In this document: positions 1 through 14,280 of the stretch, piece by piece
Layout: each line of letters starts with the position of its first letter
Position numbering within the stretch: position 1 is the stretch's first letter
Assembly: GCF_009834535.1 (NCBI RefSeq)
Contig: NC_045696.1
Location: 62,374,001 to 62,438,000, forward strand
Direction of reading: 5' to 3'
From: Camelus ferus
Taxonomy: Eukaryota
Length of the DNA stretch: 64,000 nucleotides
The notes under the pieces: model-generated
Told to the model about the DNA's origin: nothing
Seen by the model: the letters and a program-made list of their open reading frames with translations, nothing else
Databases searched by the model: none
Made by a program: the position numbers and the translations under genes

Positions 1-2867
1 TTACCTCCTCCCACTAAGAAAAACTGAAAGAAAGAAAAGACTTCTGAGAGCAGGGGTGCTGCCCTACACTTTTTTTTTTTCACTCCAAGATTTATTTATG
101 TATACTACAAATATATATTGAGCCCCTACAGTGGGAAGTACTAGCCCCTCATCTAGACACTGGAGATACAGCAAAGGTCCTTCCTGTATGGAACATGCAT
201 TCTAGACCAATACTGAATGCACGGTAGGTTAAAATACAAATAAACAACAAACAAAAGCCTACAGGAGCCAAGGAGCTAAGATATGGAACCAAAAGTGGAG
301 TTGGGGAGTGAGCAAGACACAGTCCCCAAATCAGGAGAGTGAAAGTAGAAGCAGAGAGTAGACAATCCTAGAGACACAGTCAACGCCCATGGCACAAATT
401 ACTAGTCCTGTCACATACTCAAGCAGGTGGGCTGGACTTACATGAAGGGCTTGAACCAACATTATGGATATGAGGGGATATTATAAGCAATTATGGACAC
501 ATAGTGGGCACTTCATAGATATTTGTTAAATAAATAGATGAAGGAACAACTACATTAAATAGGCACATTCTCCTTTGCTCATTTCAGCACTAAGAAATCC
601 ACCAAGACCTTCCAAGGTAATCAGAGAAGGGAGAATTTCAACCCTGGGGGGTGTGACTGCCCCTCACAGCCCCAACTCCTGCCTCCAGCGTGGCACTCCC
701 GAGGCTGCTTCTCTTTACCTTTACTCCCAGGACTGGGCACAGACCTTCCCCCTAGTTCCAGCAGGGCCAGGAAGGTAAAGTTGTTCTGAAATCAGGCTGA
801 AATATTTGCCCAGTCTTAGCCAGAACTCAGAGCAAACAGAAGAACACATGAGGTGGCAGGTAGCCTGATTCCTAAGGCAACAGCAATGGAGTCACTCAAG
901 GGTCACTGTGATCACAGCTAAGGTGAAGGAGTCCCTGGGCACAGCCACTCACATCTGTGCCCGTCTTTACTCCATCTTCTGACATCTCTCTAGTGTTTCT
1001 GCTCCCCGAGGTTCAATGGGACGAAAAGGAAGCATTCACCACTTCTGCCTTGTCCTGAGGGCAGAGAGCCAAAGAAGACCCTGAAAAATGGTGGAGTCCA
1101 CTCCTCCTGTTCTGTTCTTTATTATTCTCACAGTGTTCTGAGGGAGAGGGTTGTCAAGGGCAACCTGTGTCAAAACGACAAAGCTGTGACAAACTCCTAC
1201 TCTAGAGTCTAATAAGAAATTAGCAATGTAGCTGGTCTGAATACTTCTCAGAGTCAAAAAACCAGCATCTGCCACTATCTTGCCATGTGACCTTACAACC
1301 GCTCTTCCCTGGACCTCCACCTCTGCGCACACAGAACAGCAAGGCAGGCCTGGGTAATACTGAATTTTGCTTAGCGTGCTCAAGGTCCATTAGTTTTATC
1401 CAGCGTGATGCCCTCCTGACTCTTCCATGAACTTCACTGCCCTTTCAAGTTCCCAAGACCTGCGATTCAGGGCACGCAAGCAGGAGACAGGGTAGAGAGC
1501 CAGAAAAGAGCCCAGCACCCTTTCCAACAGTCATACCAGCACATTGAGAAGCCTCAATGAACCAAACTGGTTAGAGGTGGAGCTCTCTACTTAATTGACA
1601 AAGAATTAAGCTGTATGTTGAGTTGATGGTTTAATTAAATATTGTCATCCAACAGTGTATCACGGAACATTTTAGGTAAATAATACTCCCTCAAATATTA
1701 ATAAGCCTCTGCCAGTGATGAGTGACTCACCACGGGTACAATCGTAATTGCCTTGCTTCTCTTCTAGGAGAAATTAATCTGAGTGTGACAAATTAGTTTG
1801 GGCCAGAAACAGTAGAAATTCAATTTAATGGGCTTAAATTAAAATAAAGCTTTAGAAGATGCCTCTAAAATCAAAGGCTAAACAAATTTGGATGCCACAC
1901 AGTTTTAGATATGTATTCCTTTAATAAAATTACCGTATAAAATGCATCATTTTCATTTATTTCTCAAATGCACGATAGTATTCAAAGCACTAGCAACCTC
2001 AATCCTTAGAGAGTGTTTAGAACCTTGCCTCCCTGACCACTGCTCTCTCTCTCAAGTCCTTGGGATACTCCAAGTGAAGTTTTATAGGTCTTTGATTGCC
2101 TTAGAAAGGTAGTGACCTTCTCAGAGATCCAGGTCAGCTGATGATGGGTCCTTGGCGGTAGGAATAGCTGGCAGGAAACTTAGGCTTTGGCATTTCCTTC
2201 TGCAAGATGCACCTGTGCTTCCTGACACCACCAAGCCTCCGGCCCCTGCGCCCCTCAGCCCGTACCACTCACTGTTGAGCCTTGAACACTCTTGCACGGT
2301 TCATGGCATTTGTCCAGAGTCATGCACCTTGACTCATGACCAAGTCCACTCTGACCTGTCTTGGACGTTCCCACTGTGTCTTATTGTCCGGTCTTCAGGC
2401 TAATCTTACCTACTCTTTACATCTAAAACTGATAACCTTTCTCTTATATTTGCTTCTATTCGACCCCACTCCTCTTAGGTGTTCAGTGATCCCCTGGGGC
2501 TGGCAAGCATCCTGAGGGCATTACTGGGGAAGAGGGACTTCTTATCATGGGAGAAGTCTCTGAAGCAGAGGGACTCAGAAGGGAAGCATCCTTCCATGGG
2601 GAGATGCCTTAGAGACAATAGAGCAGAAATGGGCCCCTCAAATCTACTCCTGATTCTAGGAATCTGCCCCTTACAGAATATTCACATTCTATTCAAGCCT
2701 TGTATATCCAGATCAAACACCAACAGTGTGGCGTTCTCAGAGGGACTGAGGTATCGAGCCCTTTCCTTCCTACCTCTGTCCTCTTCTCAGGGTCCCGCTG
2801 CCTTTCTTTTTGAGTCTACAAACACACATTAGCTTATTCCATCCCCCTCACTCCAGAAGTAGAGCTT

Positions 2868-4385
2868 CATTCATTTGACAGTTTTGTTTTTGAGCACTTA
2901 CTGCTTGCTCCAGGCACCGGAGATGTACCTGGGAACAAAGCACATAAACATCTCTGCTCTCATGGAGCTTAAATCCTAGTGAGGGACACAGAAAATAACA
3001 TGATAAACAAGTCTAAATATTGCCAAGGGTGATCAGTGCTAAGCATAAAGTAGGAAAGAGGATAGGAAGATACCCAAGACAAAGAGATGGAGGTACAATT
3101 TAAAATGGCTTCATTCTGAAGGTGACATGGAAACAAAGACTTGAAGGAGGTGAAGTAGCAGTTCATGCAGATATGTGGGAACAGGAATAGATTCAAGATT
3201 TGTGGACCTGATGTTTACCCAATTTTGAGACCTCTATTAAGAAAAAAGAATATAAAATTATCAATATAAAATTAGATTCAGGGCTGTAGAGAAGCCTGGT
3301 CAAGCGGAGGGCAGGAAGCTTATGTTCTATTAGCTCAGGAGTGACTCTGCCTTGCTCCAGGGAATAGCATTAGCGCTGAGAGAACCGGCAAAGGGCCAAG
3401 GGAGGCACGAGCTTGCTCAGTGAGTCCGGGCTCACGAGGCCGCCAGGATCTCTGGAGTAGAGCGAATGAGGGGAAAAGAAGGAGGTGGGGTTGCACTCTG
3501 AGGGAGCTGGGGCCAGATTACAGGGGATGTTGGACTTTGACTTCATTGGTTTGGATGGGAGCCACTGGAAGGTTCTGAGAAGAGGAGTAACATGATCTGA
3601 CCTGGCTTTTGAAAGAATGCCTCTGAGTGCTGTTTGGAACTAGACTGAAGTAGGTCAAGGATGGGAGCAGGGAGACCAGTTAGGAGCCAGCTGCAATAAT
3701 GTAGGAGAGAGATGACGGTGGCTGGGACCAGGCTGGTAGCAGCAGAGGTGTGAGAAGTGGCCTGATTTTGAATATAGTTTAAAAATAAAGTCTGCAGGAT
3801 TGGCTACCAACTCAGATGTAAGGGTCAGGTAGAGAGATGTCTGAGACGATTTGACGATTTGACGATTTTTTCCTGAGTAACTAGAAGAATGAAGTTCCAT
3901 TAACTGAGATGAGGGGGAAATTTGAGGGCAGATTTTAAGTGGAAGACTAGAGTTCAGTTGTTAGCATGTTAACACTGAGATGCTCACACATCTAAAGGGA
4001 GAAATGGAGTGTGGAGTGCAGTCTGGAAGAGATCTGGGCTGGAAAAAATAAATCCCTGAAGCTGGATTAGATCACTAATGGAATGAGTGTGGATAGAGAA
4101 AAGAAGTGGCCCTAGATTTGAACCCCGAGACCCTCTGATACTTAAAAGTGAGGGAGGAGAGAAGGGACCTGCGGAGAAGACAAAGAAGGAACAGGCAGGA
4201 GGCAGGAGAAGAGTCAGGGAAGAGCCATCTCCTGTAGCCAGGTGAGCCAAGTGTGTCAAAGAGGCAGAAGAGATCCAGTGCTTCAAAGGTTGCTAATGGG
4301 TCAAAATATGAGGCCCAGCAATTGACCACTGCATGTAACAACAAGTGGAGATCCTTGGTGATTCTGACAAGAGTAGGAAGCATAT
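2868..4385 (-). mobile_element. L2 LINE (L2a-like), with a MER45-like hAT insert at about 3195-3345
   Basis: L2 3' tail CATTCATT..GAGCACTTAC..CCAGGCAC and body motifs (GGGAGCCACTGGAAGGTTCTGAG, GAGTTCAGTTGTTAGCATGTTAA). Confidence 0.85.
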
Positions 4386-4689
4386 CGATGAGGAGCCAGA
4401 TCTCACAGAGTGAAAATCAAGGAACAATTAAACCTTCAGCCTGATATGTCTGACTGTGCTGCCTTGAGCCCCAGTAAGCAGTTCACACCATCTGGTCTGG
4501 GACCTTCCACCTTCACTCAGGGTTTTTGAGCTGTTCCGGCCTCCAGGTTCTTTCCAATTCTGCAAATGGAACTCAGGCAGCTGGGCCAACATTTCACTTA
4601 CTGGAAGCCACTCATCTCCCGGAGAGCTGGGATTCTGTAATTCCCTATGTGAGAAAAAGAGACAGAAAAAAACAAGATAATAAGGAAAA

Positions 4690-5262
4690 AGATTTTATAC
4701 ATATACCCCTGTAGTTGCTTTTCATTCCCACGTGCGGATCCACATTTCCACCTTATATCATTTTCTTTCTGCATAAAGGACCTCTTTTAACCTTGCCTGT
4801 ACCTCAGGTCTGCTTGTGATGAATTCCTTCAGCTTTTGTGTGTCTGAAAACAAAGCCTTTATTTCATCTCTGTTTAAGAAGGATGCTGTGCTGGTTATGG
4901 AATTCTAGTTAACTGGTTTGATTTGTGTGTGTGCGTGCCATGCTTTAAAGATGCTGCTCCCTTGCTGTCTTGCTTGCATTTTTTTCAAGTGGAAAATCTG
5001 CTTTCATTCTTGTTTTTGTTCCTCTAGACATTCTCCTTTGGCCACGTTTTTTCTCCCTTTGGCCACTTTTAAGATTTTCTCTTTATCATTGATTTTGAGC
5101 AATTTGATTATGATGCTCCTTGGTGTGGTTTTCTTCATGTTTCTTATGCTTTGGGGGTTACTGAACTTCTTGGATCTGTGAGTTTATAGTTTTTATCAAA
5201 TCTAGAAAAAGGTTGCCATTATTTCTTCAAATATTTCTTTCTGTTCTTCCTTTCTTCTCTCT
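4690..5262 (-). mobile_element. Old L1M fragment, antisense
   Basis: GATGAATTCCTTCAGCTTTTGTGTGTCTGAAAA and AAGATTTTCTCTTTATCATTGATTTTGAGCAATTTGATTATGATG are typical L1M antisense. Confidence 0.85.
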
Positions 5263-5369
5263 CTGAAGCTGACCTTTGACTGGCTCAAGAGGCAGTATAT
5301 GTGTCCAAAATGTGCAGTGGCGGGGGAAGCATAGGTAGCTTTTTGTTTTGTTTTGTTTAATTATCTTAG

Positions 5370-6191
<822 letters not shown>

Positions 6192-6319
6192 GATCTTTGA
6201 GTAAGATAGGTTTTAGAAAAAGGTATAAATAGCATGTACACAACAGCCATTAAAAAAGAATGAAAACAGAGAAGAAAAATGACAGATATGTTTGAAAGCA
6301 GAAAATGTTTAAACACTGG

Positions 6320-7820
6320 CAAAAAAAAAAAAAAAAGAGGAAATTCCCTAAACAAAATCAAAAGATAAATGACAAAAAGAGAGGAGAACACATATGCAAT
6401 ACAAGTCACAAAGATCTAATTAGCTTAATACAGAAAAGAACATTTACAAATAAGATAAAGATTAAAAGAAAGATATAAAAAGACAGTGCACAAAGAAAAA
6501 TGACTGAGAAACATGTAAATGTGCTCAACATTACTAATTTTAAAGACATGCCTATCACAGTTACTTATACCATTTGCCCCCCCAACAGATTAGCAGAGAT
6601 TAAAAACCTGGAAATGACCCACCCTTAACATTTGCAGGGTTAGGCAACAATACAAATACATACCCACATATCATGTTATTGAATACTCAAAGGTTATAAA
6701 TCAAGCAAATTATTAAATAAAATGTGTTTTTTCTCTTACCTTCACAAATATTTCTCAATCACAATCTGGAAGGCCAGGTTCAAGTTTAAGACTTCTTACA
6801 CGCCTCAGATTTCTGCACCAGAGACAGCTCCCAGCCCCTAGTCCATAGCTGCCCCTTCTTTTCCCACCCCAGCTCCATCCTCCACTGTGAGGTGCCTTAT
6901 GCCTATGTGTGTGTGTGTACACCCAGCCCACACATCCAATCTCCCTCTACACCATATATGGTTGCCCCTTGACCTCCTTAGGGCCTAGGGATGAGTTTAT
7001 CAGCTCATTCTGGAAGATGCGTGTGGGAAGAGGCCTATGCAGACCCCAGAGGTAGGCGTCAGGCTCTTTGGGAAGGAAATTCTAGGGTTCCTGGTACCAG
7101 AGCATGGTCAAGGAGGGGAGGGTGCAGGCTCTAGGTGGACACATCCCCTTGACCCCACAGAGCCCATGCCCCGTGGGAAGGGCAACCCCAGGGAAGAACC
7201 AGAATGAAGGTTTCTACAACTTGGGGCTCATGGCAGGGGTCCTTCTGCCTGGGTTCCAGGGAGGTAGGGAAATTGGCAGGTCCATACACTAGTTGTTTCA
7301 AATAAATTTGAGGGAGAGAGCAAGTTGGCAATATTCTTCAAAATTCAACTCAGCAATTCCACTTCTAGTAATGAATCATCTAGAGTTATTTGCAGAAGTG
7401 GCCAATGGCGTATGCATGATTATGCTCACTATGACACTGTAAAATCAAAAGGCTGCATACAATATAAACATCCACCCAACGGTGAATGGGTAACTCAATT
7501 ATGCTACACTCACACTGAAACATATTTTGCACACATTAAATAGGTTAGGCTGGTATGAAAGATCTTCAATATGTATTTTTAAGTGAGAAAAGTAAATTAA
7601 GGATCAATGTGTAGTGTTACCAGCTGTGTGTGGGTGTGGGTGTATGCGTGTGTGATGCTTACATTCACTAAAAACTTTCCCAGAAGGAATTACAGGAAAC
7701 TATTATGAGTGATTATCTCTGATTAGTAAGAGCAGGCGTTGATGGTGGGGAGCAGGTTTTACTTTATACTGTCTGAGTTTGTTGTCAGTGCATTTAGTAT
7801 TTTCATAATTAAAACAATAA
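6320..7820 (+). mobile_element. Degraded L1ME-like fragments with a nested DNA-transposon insert (about 6620-7270)
   Basis: A-rich L1 3' motifs (CAGCAATTCCACTTCTAG, AAACATCCACCCAACGGTGAATGGGTAA). Boundaries approximate. Confidence 0.6.
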
Positions 7821-10403
7821 GAAAAATGGTACTCTGTGCAATTTCTCAGATGCATCCAAATAACAATCTAACCTCATTCAGTGACAGTAACTGAGAGTCC
7901 ATCACATGCAGGCAGTATGATGGGCACTTGGCAACGCAACAAGAATCTCCTCTTGGTCCAGTGGAATTTTGTTCAGCCATTCATTGCCAGTTATTTCTGT
8001 TTTTCATTTCCAAGGTGGCAGAAACCCAGAGAAATCCAGGAGAAAATATGTCCCACACTGAAGTGTGTTTCTTTCATAGATTTCCCTTGAAGGCTGCCAG
8101 CTGGGAAGTGGTCAGCAGCCCCTCTAACTGCTGGTTCACACATAGGGCCCTGCAGGCTTAGGGACAAGCTGATCCAGCCTAATCTCACCAACGTACGCGG
8201 TGGATCAGAGGGTTTTTCTGTAACTAGGAAAACAACTCAAAGTCAACCCTTTCCAGGGGTGAGTAAATATCAACACCCCCCAATTCTGAGAGAGGCCCAG
8301 AGAGAAGATCTCTACCCAGGCTTGAAGTCTTCCATGGCTAGGTCTTAATTATTGAGCTCGGAGCTCCGGGACCTCAGGGACCAGGTTGGATTAATCTCTG
8401 CATCCTTGATGCCTGGCACAGAGGTGATGCTGTACACATGTTTGCTGAATTGACATCAGGCCTGTCCCCACTTCTGCTATGTCACACCTCTGCAAAGAGT
8501 TGACTGTTCCTGGGCCCCTGTCTTTGGGTTTGGAAAGTTCAGCTCCTAACGGTGGTCTATCTTCTTGCAGAAGCTGCACTGTGCATCTGGGAAAACCCAC
8601 CAAGGGAGGAACTCTTGATGACCTGCTCGCTTTAATACTGAGAGCTTATTCTAGGAAATTTAAACAATAAAAATTACTAGTTAAATAAGATTAAAATTAC
8701 ATTTCTCTCCCCTTCCCTGCTCCAAAAGAAGCCCTCATGAAACGTACTCCCTTGTGGATCTCCTGGCCTGACACTACATATCTATTCCAGTTGCTCACTT
8801 TCCTCAGCCTTTTTATTCCGTCTACTATCAGCCAGGGTGACCCAGGCACTTCCACTTCAGCACTGAGCATCAGCTAGCACTTTCTCCAGGCTTGTAGGAG
8901 CCACCCTAGAGTTTGCCTCATCACCTGGGGTCCTTGCCAGGATGTGATCCATCACCCTGAGAAGGTGCCCCCAAGTCAGTTCTTGCTTAGCCAGTCTTAT
9001 ATCCCAGCCCCCTGGATGAAGCAGTTCCCTGAGCAACCAGCTGTGTTTGCTTAAGAAGCTGAGGCCTGTTTGGCAATGAGCTCCTTTGTATTTGCTCTGT
9101 CTCCTCACATCCCTTTCCCTCTTACTTTCTTGGAAGCAATCCCTTCCTCCAATAGAGATTTAGCACGCAAGCTTTGTCTCAGGCTCCGTTTTCTGGGGAA
9201 ACTGGGCTCGGGCCAGGATCTTCATGACTTAACCTGTTCTGAGAATAGGAGAGGCTTTCTTCCTGGCCCCTGGATGGAGGGGTGCCCAGAGTAAGTCCAT
9301 CTAGCCTAGGGATGAAAATGGAAAACCCAACTTTTATGGAAAGTTATAAAAGATTAGGAAGAGTAATATAAATAGGCTGAATAGACATTTAACAAATTCA
9401 AATTATAGTCCCTCCCTGAAATGACACAGCTTTTTTTTTTCACTGAAAACAGCTTGGGGATGGTACTTAGCTAAGGTGTCCCCAGACAACAGAGGAGAGT
9501 AAAGGGGAGGGGGAGAGATTACATATGCTTACTTGGTTCCCAACCTGCAGTGTATTTCTGCTCTTCTCATGGTCCATGATATTCCAGATCCTGACAAAAG
9601 TATGATGAATCTGTGTGCTGGAGAGGATGGGCAGGTTGGGAGGGAGTAGGGGAACCTGTTTCAGAATTTTTAAGAGGCTTTAGTGCTTAAAAAGAGCTGC
9701 ACTGCAAGAAATAAGATGGGGAGTGTTCGTTAGGTAAAAACTGGAGACTGCCATATCCAGGTTCCTTAAGACTCCAAAATCACAGGCTTTACTTTGCATA
9801 CAAGTTCAACCCAAGCCCCCTTCCAAGAAGGGTTTTGTAGTCAGTAAGGAAGGAGGGGACTTGTAAAGGAGGTAAGACCCCCACCATGCTGGGCAAGGGA
9901 GAGGAAGGTAGACCTTGTGATCATGAGTTGGCAAACGTTAACATGGCTGTTTGGAAGGGTCCCTGGTGACACACTTTTGAAAGCATCACTATGTTTGTCC
10001 AGTAAAATTAAGAGTCTATCCTATTGTTGAGACTCTAACTGCTACCATGAAGCTCTGTCATGGAGAGGCTCATTTGTTCATCATATTCATTCAGAGGTGA
10101 CTAGAATTTCAAAGTCAAATGATAAATCTGTCTGTATATCTCAATGCTGAATTATAAAACCAATCATTTCTTCTGGGACTCCAGCTCAGTGTGTGATAAA
10201 GATACAAGATCCAAAGGGAAATAAGGGGTCCTGAAAAAAGGAAATTCAGATTAAACTTGCACTTAGCATAAGATGCCCCTGAGACTACATTAAGGTCCTC
10301 AAGTCCAGAAGAATGAAGAAATACAAGCAAGACAAATGAGAAGGGGGCCATGCCCTGAGAGAAGGCAGCAAAATAGCAGTTGCTGGAGGAAGTGAATGCT
10401 AGA

Positions 10404-10582
10404 GAGATGGTTCTCAACCCTGGTTGCACTTTGGAACCACCCAGGGAGCTTTAAAAAATGCTGCTGCCTGGGTACTACTCCCAGAGACTCTGATTTAATT
10501 GGTCTAGGGTATAGCCTGGTTCTCTGAAATGTTAAAAGCTTCCCAGGGGATTCTAATGTCAGCTCAAGGCTGAGAACCAGTG
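10404..10582. mobile_element. MER5B-like hAT-Charlie MITE
   Basis: TIR-like ends GATGGTTCTCAACCCTGG ... GGCTGAGAACCAGTG and a typical core (CAGAGACTCTGATTTAATTGGTCT). Confidence 0.85.
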
Positions 10583-11669
10583 TTCTGGAGGGAAGATACT
10601 TCTGTTCTTGATTCTGTTGACTTGTCTCCATGTTACTGTCCCCCACTCTCTTAAGAGTCTTTTTCTCTTGCTATTGGCCAAGGCAGCTTGCTCCAGAGCT
10701 CAGATGGGTCGTGCTGACTTCTCTAGTTGAGGAGTGGAAGTCAGCTCTGAGGTGTGCCCTCTTGCTCACCTGCGCAGGGACACAGCCTGCCTTACCAGCC
10801 TCCAGCTTCCCACTGCCTCACGGAGTGGCCAACCTTCCCACTCTCCTGGCAGCATGCTGCATACAACACAAAGCTTGGGGAAGAGTGCCTTGAGTCGTCC
10901 AGAGAGCTCCACTAGGAAGAAAGACACAGAAGAGGGCAAGTTGAGATGCACGCAGCCAGAATTCTTTTCATGTCCTTTTCAGTTTACACTGAGTCAAGAA
11001 GAGCCCTCAGTGGGGAGGGTTGAGGGCTCTTTCCTCATCGTCAAGTATGCACCCAGAACACTGGTGTGGTGCATGTGAGAAGGTAAAACTGTTAGGCTCA
11101 TTATGCCTTGAAAAGTGAAGCAATATTCTTTCAGGTTTAGACAGACTATTTCTGCTGAGGCTCGTTTGGAAATGTGAAAAGCTCTTTTAGAAGGGAATCT
11201 TAGTTTTTACAGAATTCTGTATTCCTGACGACTACAGCCTTCATTTCCTGGAGACCTGATTAACCTTAAAAAAAAAAAAGATGGGACCATTTTTAACTGA
11301 TTCCAACTGGAAATCAGCCCTCGGTTTCAGAGGCTGCAGAGATAAGTGTTTTTTCTTTAAAACAAAACAAAATTGAGCCATCAGATTGGAGGGCTGTCAA
11401 ATCTGGCACATATGAAGCATTTGGTAAAGGTAGTTTTTATTATCCAGAGGTGCATTGGCTAGGCAAACCATCAAACAGAGGCCATGTGACTTCATTTTTG
11501 AGCAAATCCAGGTGCGATTGCCACACTGAAGAGTCCATGATTATCAGCAGTTGGGAAAGTGGCCTGCCTGGGGAATGAGGAGAGCAGCAAGGGTGAGAAT
11601 GGCCATAATTTTGCTTCTCTTCTTGCTTGGAAGCCAGAGAGGGCCCTATCTGGCTTAGTCCAGCCTTAG

Positions 11670-11816
11670 CAGTGGTTCTCAAACCTCAGTGTGCAACAGA
11701 ATCACCCCCAGGTTCTGATTCAGTGGGTCTAAGGTGGGGCCCGAGAATTTGCAGGTCTAACTGGTTTCTGGGTGATGTGATGCTGCTGGTCTGGGACCAC
11801 ACTTTGAGACCCACTG
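11670..11816. mobile_element. MER5A hAT-Charlie MITE (internally deleted)
   Basis: TIRs CAGTGGTTCTCAAA ... TTTGAGACCCACTG. Confidence 0.85.
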
Positions 11817-12824
11817 GCCTGGAGAAGGAGAAGCTGAAAAGACAGTAGTGCTATAATGCTGGAAAAGCCACTGTGGGAACTCACCCCAAAGGGCTGTGCC
11901 CCTGGAAACCAGACTGGGAACAGCCCTTTTTCTTAGCTTGCAAGAAATAGGTGCCTTGTTCTTTTCAACTGGGAGTGACTCAAACAAATACCATGAGAAG
12001 CTTTTTCTTTTTCCAAAAGTAAATTATGTTAATAACATCTCTTTATGATAAGTTAAAACATCATTTCTAGCACCTGCATTTGGGCCGCCACACCCACTAC
12101 CTCTCCAAAGGCCTCTGAATTCCCTTTCCCATCACCTTCCCACCCCGCATTTCAGCCCACGCTGGAAGCCTGACAGAATCTCAGAATGTCTTGGTGAATG
12201 GCTATGTGAGGTTCTATTAGCAATGAGAGTTAAACAGGGGTCTTAATCCCTGTTTTGCTACAAACTAGCCATGTCACTTCTTCCTGGGCCTTGGCTTCCC
12301 TATCAATAAAAAGAAGATTTTGGACAAGAAAATAAGAATGAAAATGACAATGTTTTGATATTTATAGTTTACTCGGTACTTGCACATATTTTATCTCAGT
12401 TAATCCCCATGAAATGATTTTTATTTTCTCTCCATTTTCCACAGAGACAATTGGAAAAGCACAGTCATTTTTGAAGACCAATATAAAAAATGGCCACTTA
12501 GAAAATTCTGCAAAAACTACCACTGAAGACATAATCCCCTATGTTACTCAGTGTCCCTTATACAACAACTTATGTGAAAAATTCCTCCTAAAATTTAACA
12601 TGTGCTAAGTATGTGCCTCCAGAAGATATAATATGCATCCTTTCATAAGACAGAATCAAATTCCTAACCCCTATGTTTTTCTTTTGTTTCAGTTGCCAGG
12701 AAGCTTAGAGCTAATTATGCCAAGATTATAACAACCATTTAAATATCAAATTCCTGGTAGCATTATCTCTTGCATCCTCTAAATCCTGTGCCTAAATGTT
12801 TTCTTACATATATTATCTGTGATT

Positions 12825-12956
12825 AGAGTAACAGTGTAATTTACCATCTAAATGGGGCCCTTTTCAGAGTGAAAGAGAACACAATGAATGGTTACGCCAG
12901 GCTGACAGATGTAAACCAGGACTGTTCCAGGCAAATCAGGATGGGTGGTCACCCTA
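12825..12956. mobile_element. MER81/MER94-like hAT-Blackjack MITE
   Basis: AAACCAGGACTGTTCCAGGCAAATCAGGA...GGTCACCCTA end. Confidence 0.6.
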
Positions 12957-13632
12957 CCTATGATTGGAAAGAGATTTGGCAAAATTTACAAATAATACTT
13001 AATTTGACCTTGTGGGTGTGGCAGTTGGGGTCTCAATAAACTCAATAAAGTTACATAGAGCTGAAGACATAATTCATAAAAAAAACAGCAACAAAAGGTT
13101 CTTAATGTATTTGCAAGGCTGGGGTGGAAGAGGGTGTCATGCTGATGATGGGGCTTTCTCCATTCAAGCATCCCTGTACCACTTCATTTCCCAAAGCCTC
13201 TGCCTCCCAGCACTGTGGGCATCACATCCTGCGGCCAGTGGCAGCTCTACAATTCTTTATAGGAGGGGCTTAAGTAAAGCAATCTGCTTAAAGGGGAAAG
13301 GGGAGAGGAGCTTTCATCTGAATTGTGCAACACATTACTGAAGACTGGGGAAAAATGTGGATTTTCCATCTCAAAGAATGGGGTGGTATTGATGAAGGTG
13401 GTGGAGCCCTGGAAAGCCAGTCAGCTGGCAGTCCCACTGCCACCTGACATTTGCCTGCGTACACACTCCCCACCCCCACCCCCTGACAGGACTGGCCCAT
13501 TGGTCATGGCAGCACCACCGAGGCACAGATGGAGGCCACCTGAGGGTTGATGCTTTCAACCAGGTGCCCTTATTCATACCCAAACACACTGCTTCATGCG
13601 TTTCCCACATTCCCTTTCTTCAGTCACTGAGG

Positions 13633-14280
13633 TGTAACTGAGCAGAACCCTGTGGAGCCTCCTTGGAACAGATCCCCCCCCACACCGGCCCACCATGTCC
13701 TCTGCCTGCCTCTTGTCTGTAGAAAAAATTTAGCCTCCTAGGTTTTCCCTGAGTTCCAAAGAATAAACTTAATCAGAGAAGTGAGAAAATGCAGAAAGAA
13801 AGGAAAAGAGTGAAGCAAGACAAAATAATAATAGTTTAGCCATTAAACAAAGTTAAGGACTTTTAGTTCCTCCTCAAGGGCTATAGATAATATTGTAAGC
13901 CATATCCTTTGAGTTATTTTGCAGATACTAAAACCCCCACCAGCTGGAAGAAGTTAACTGTGTGCTTCCCACAAGCACATAGCCCTAGGCAGGTTGGAAC
14001 TAGAAGGTTGATGATGTTGACTCCTAATTGTGTCACCACCAACCAGTCAGAAGAATGTCCATGAGCTGATCACACACCCCCACAGTCCCCTCCCTCACCC
14101 TGTCTTTAAATACTTTGCCCATAAAGCTATGGGGGAGTTCCAGTCTTTAGAGTACTAACTTCCAGGACTCCTTGCTTGGAGCCCTGCAGTAAATGCTACG
14201 CTTTCCTTCACCACAACCTGCTGTCAGTAGATTGGCGTTAGTGTGCACAGGAGAGCAGGCCCAAGTCTGGTTCAGTAACA
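13633..14280 (+). mobile_element. Solo ERV1-class LTR (MER41-like)
   Basis: Inverted termini TGTAACTGA...TCAGTAACA, a 4-bp TSD GAGG (13629-13632, 14281-14284), and an AGTAAA polyA-like signal near 14188. 648 bp. Family name by recollection. Confidence 0.85.
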
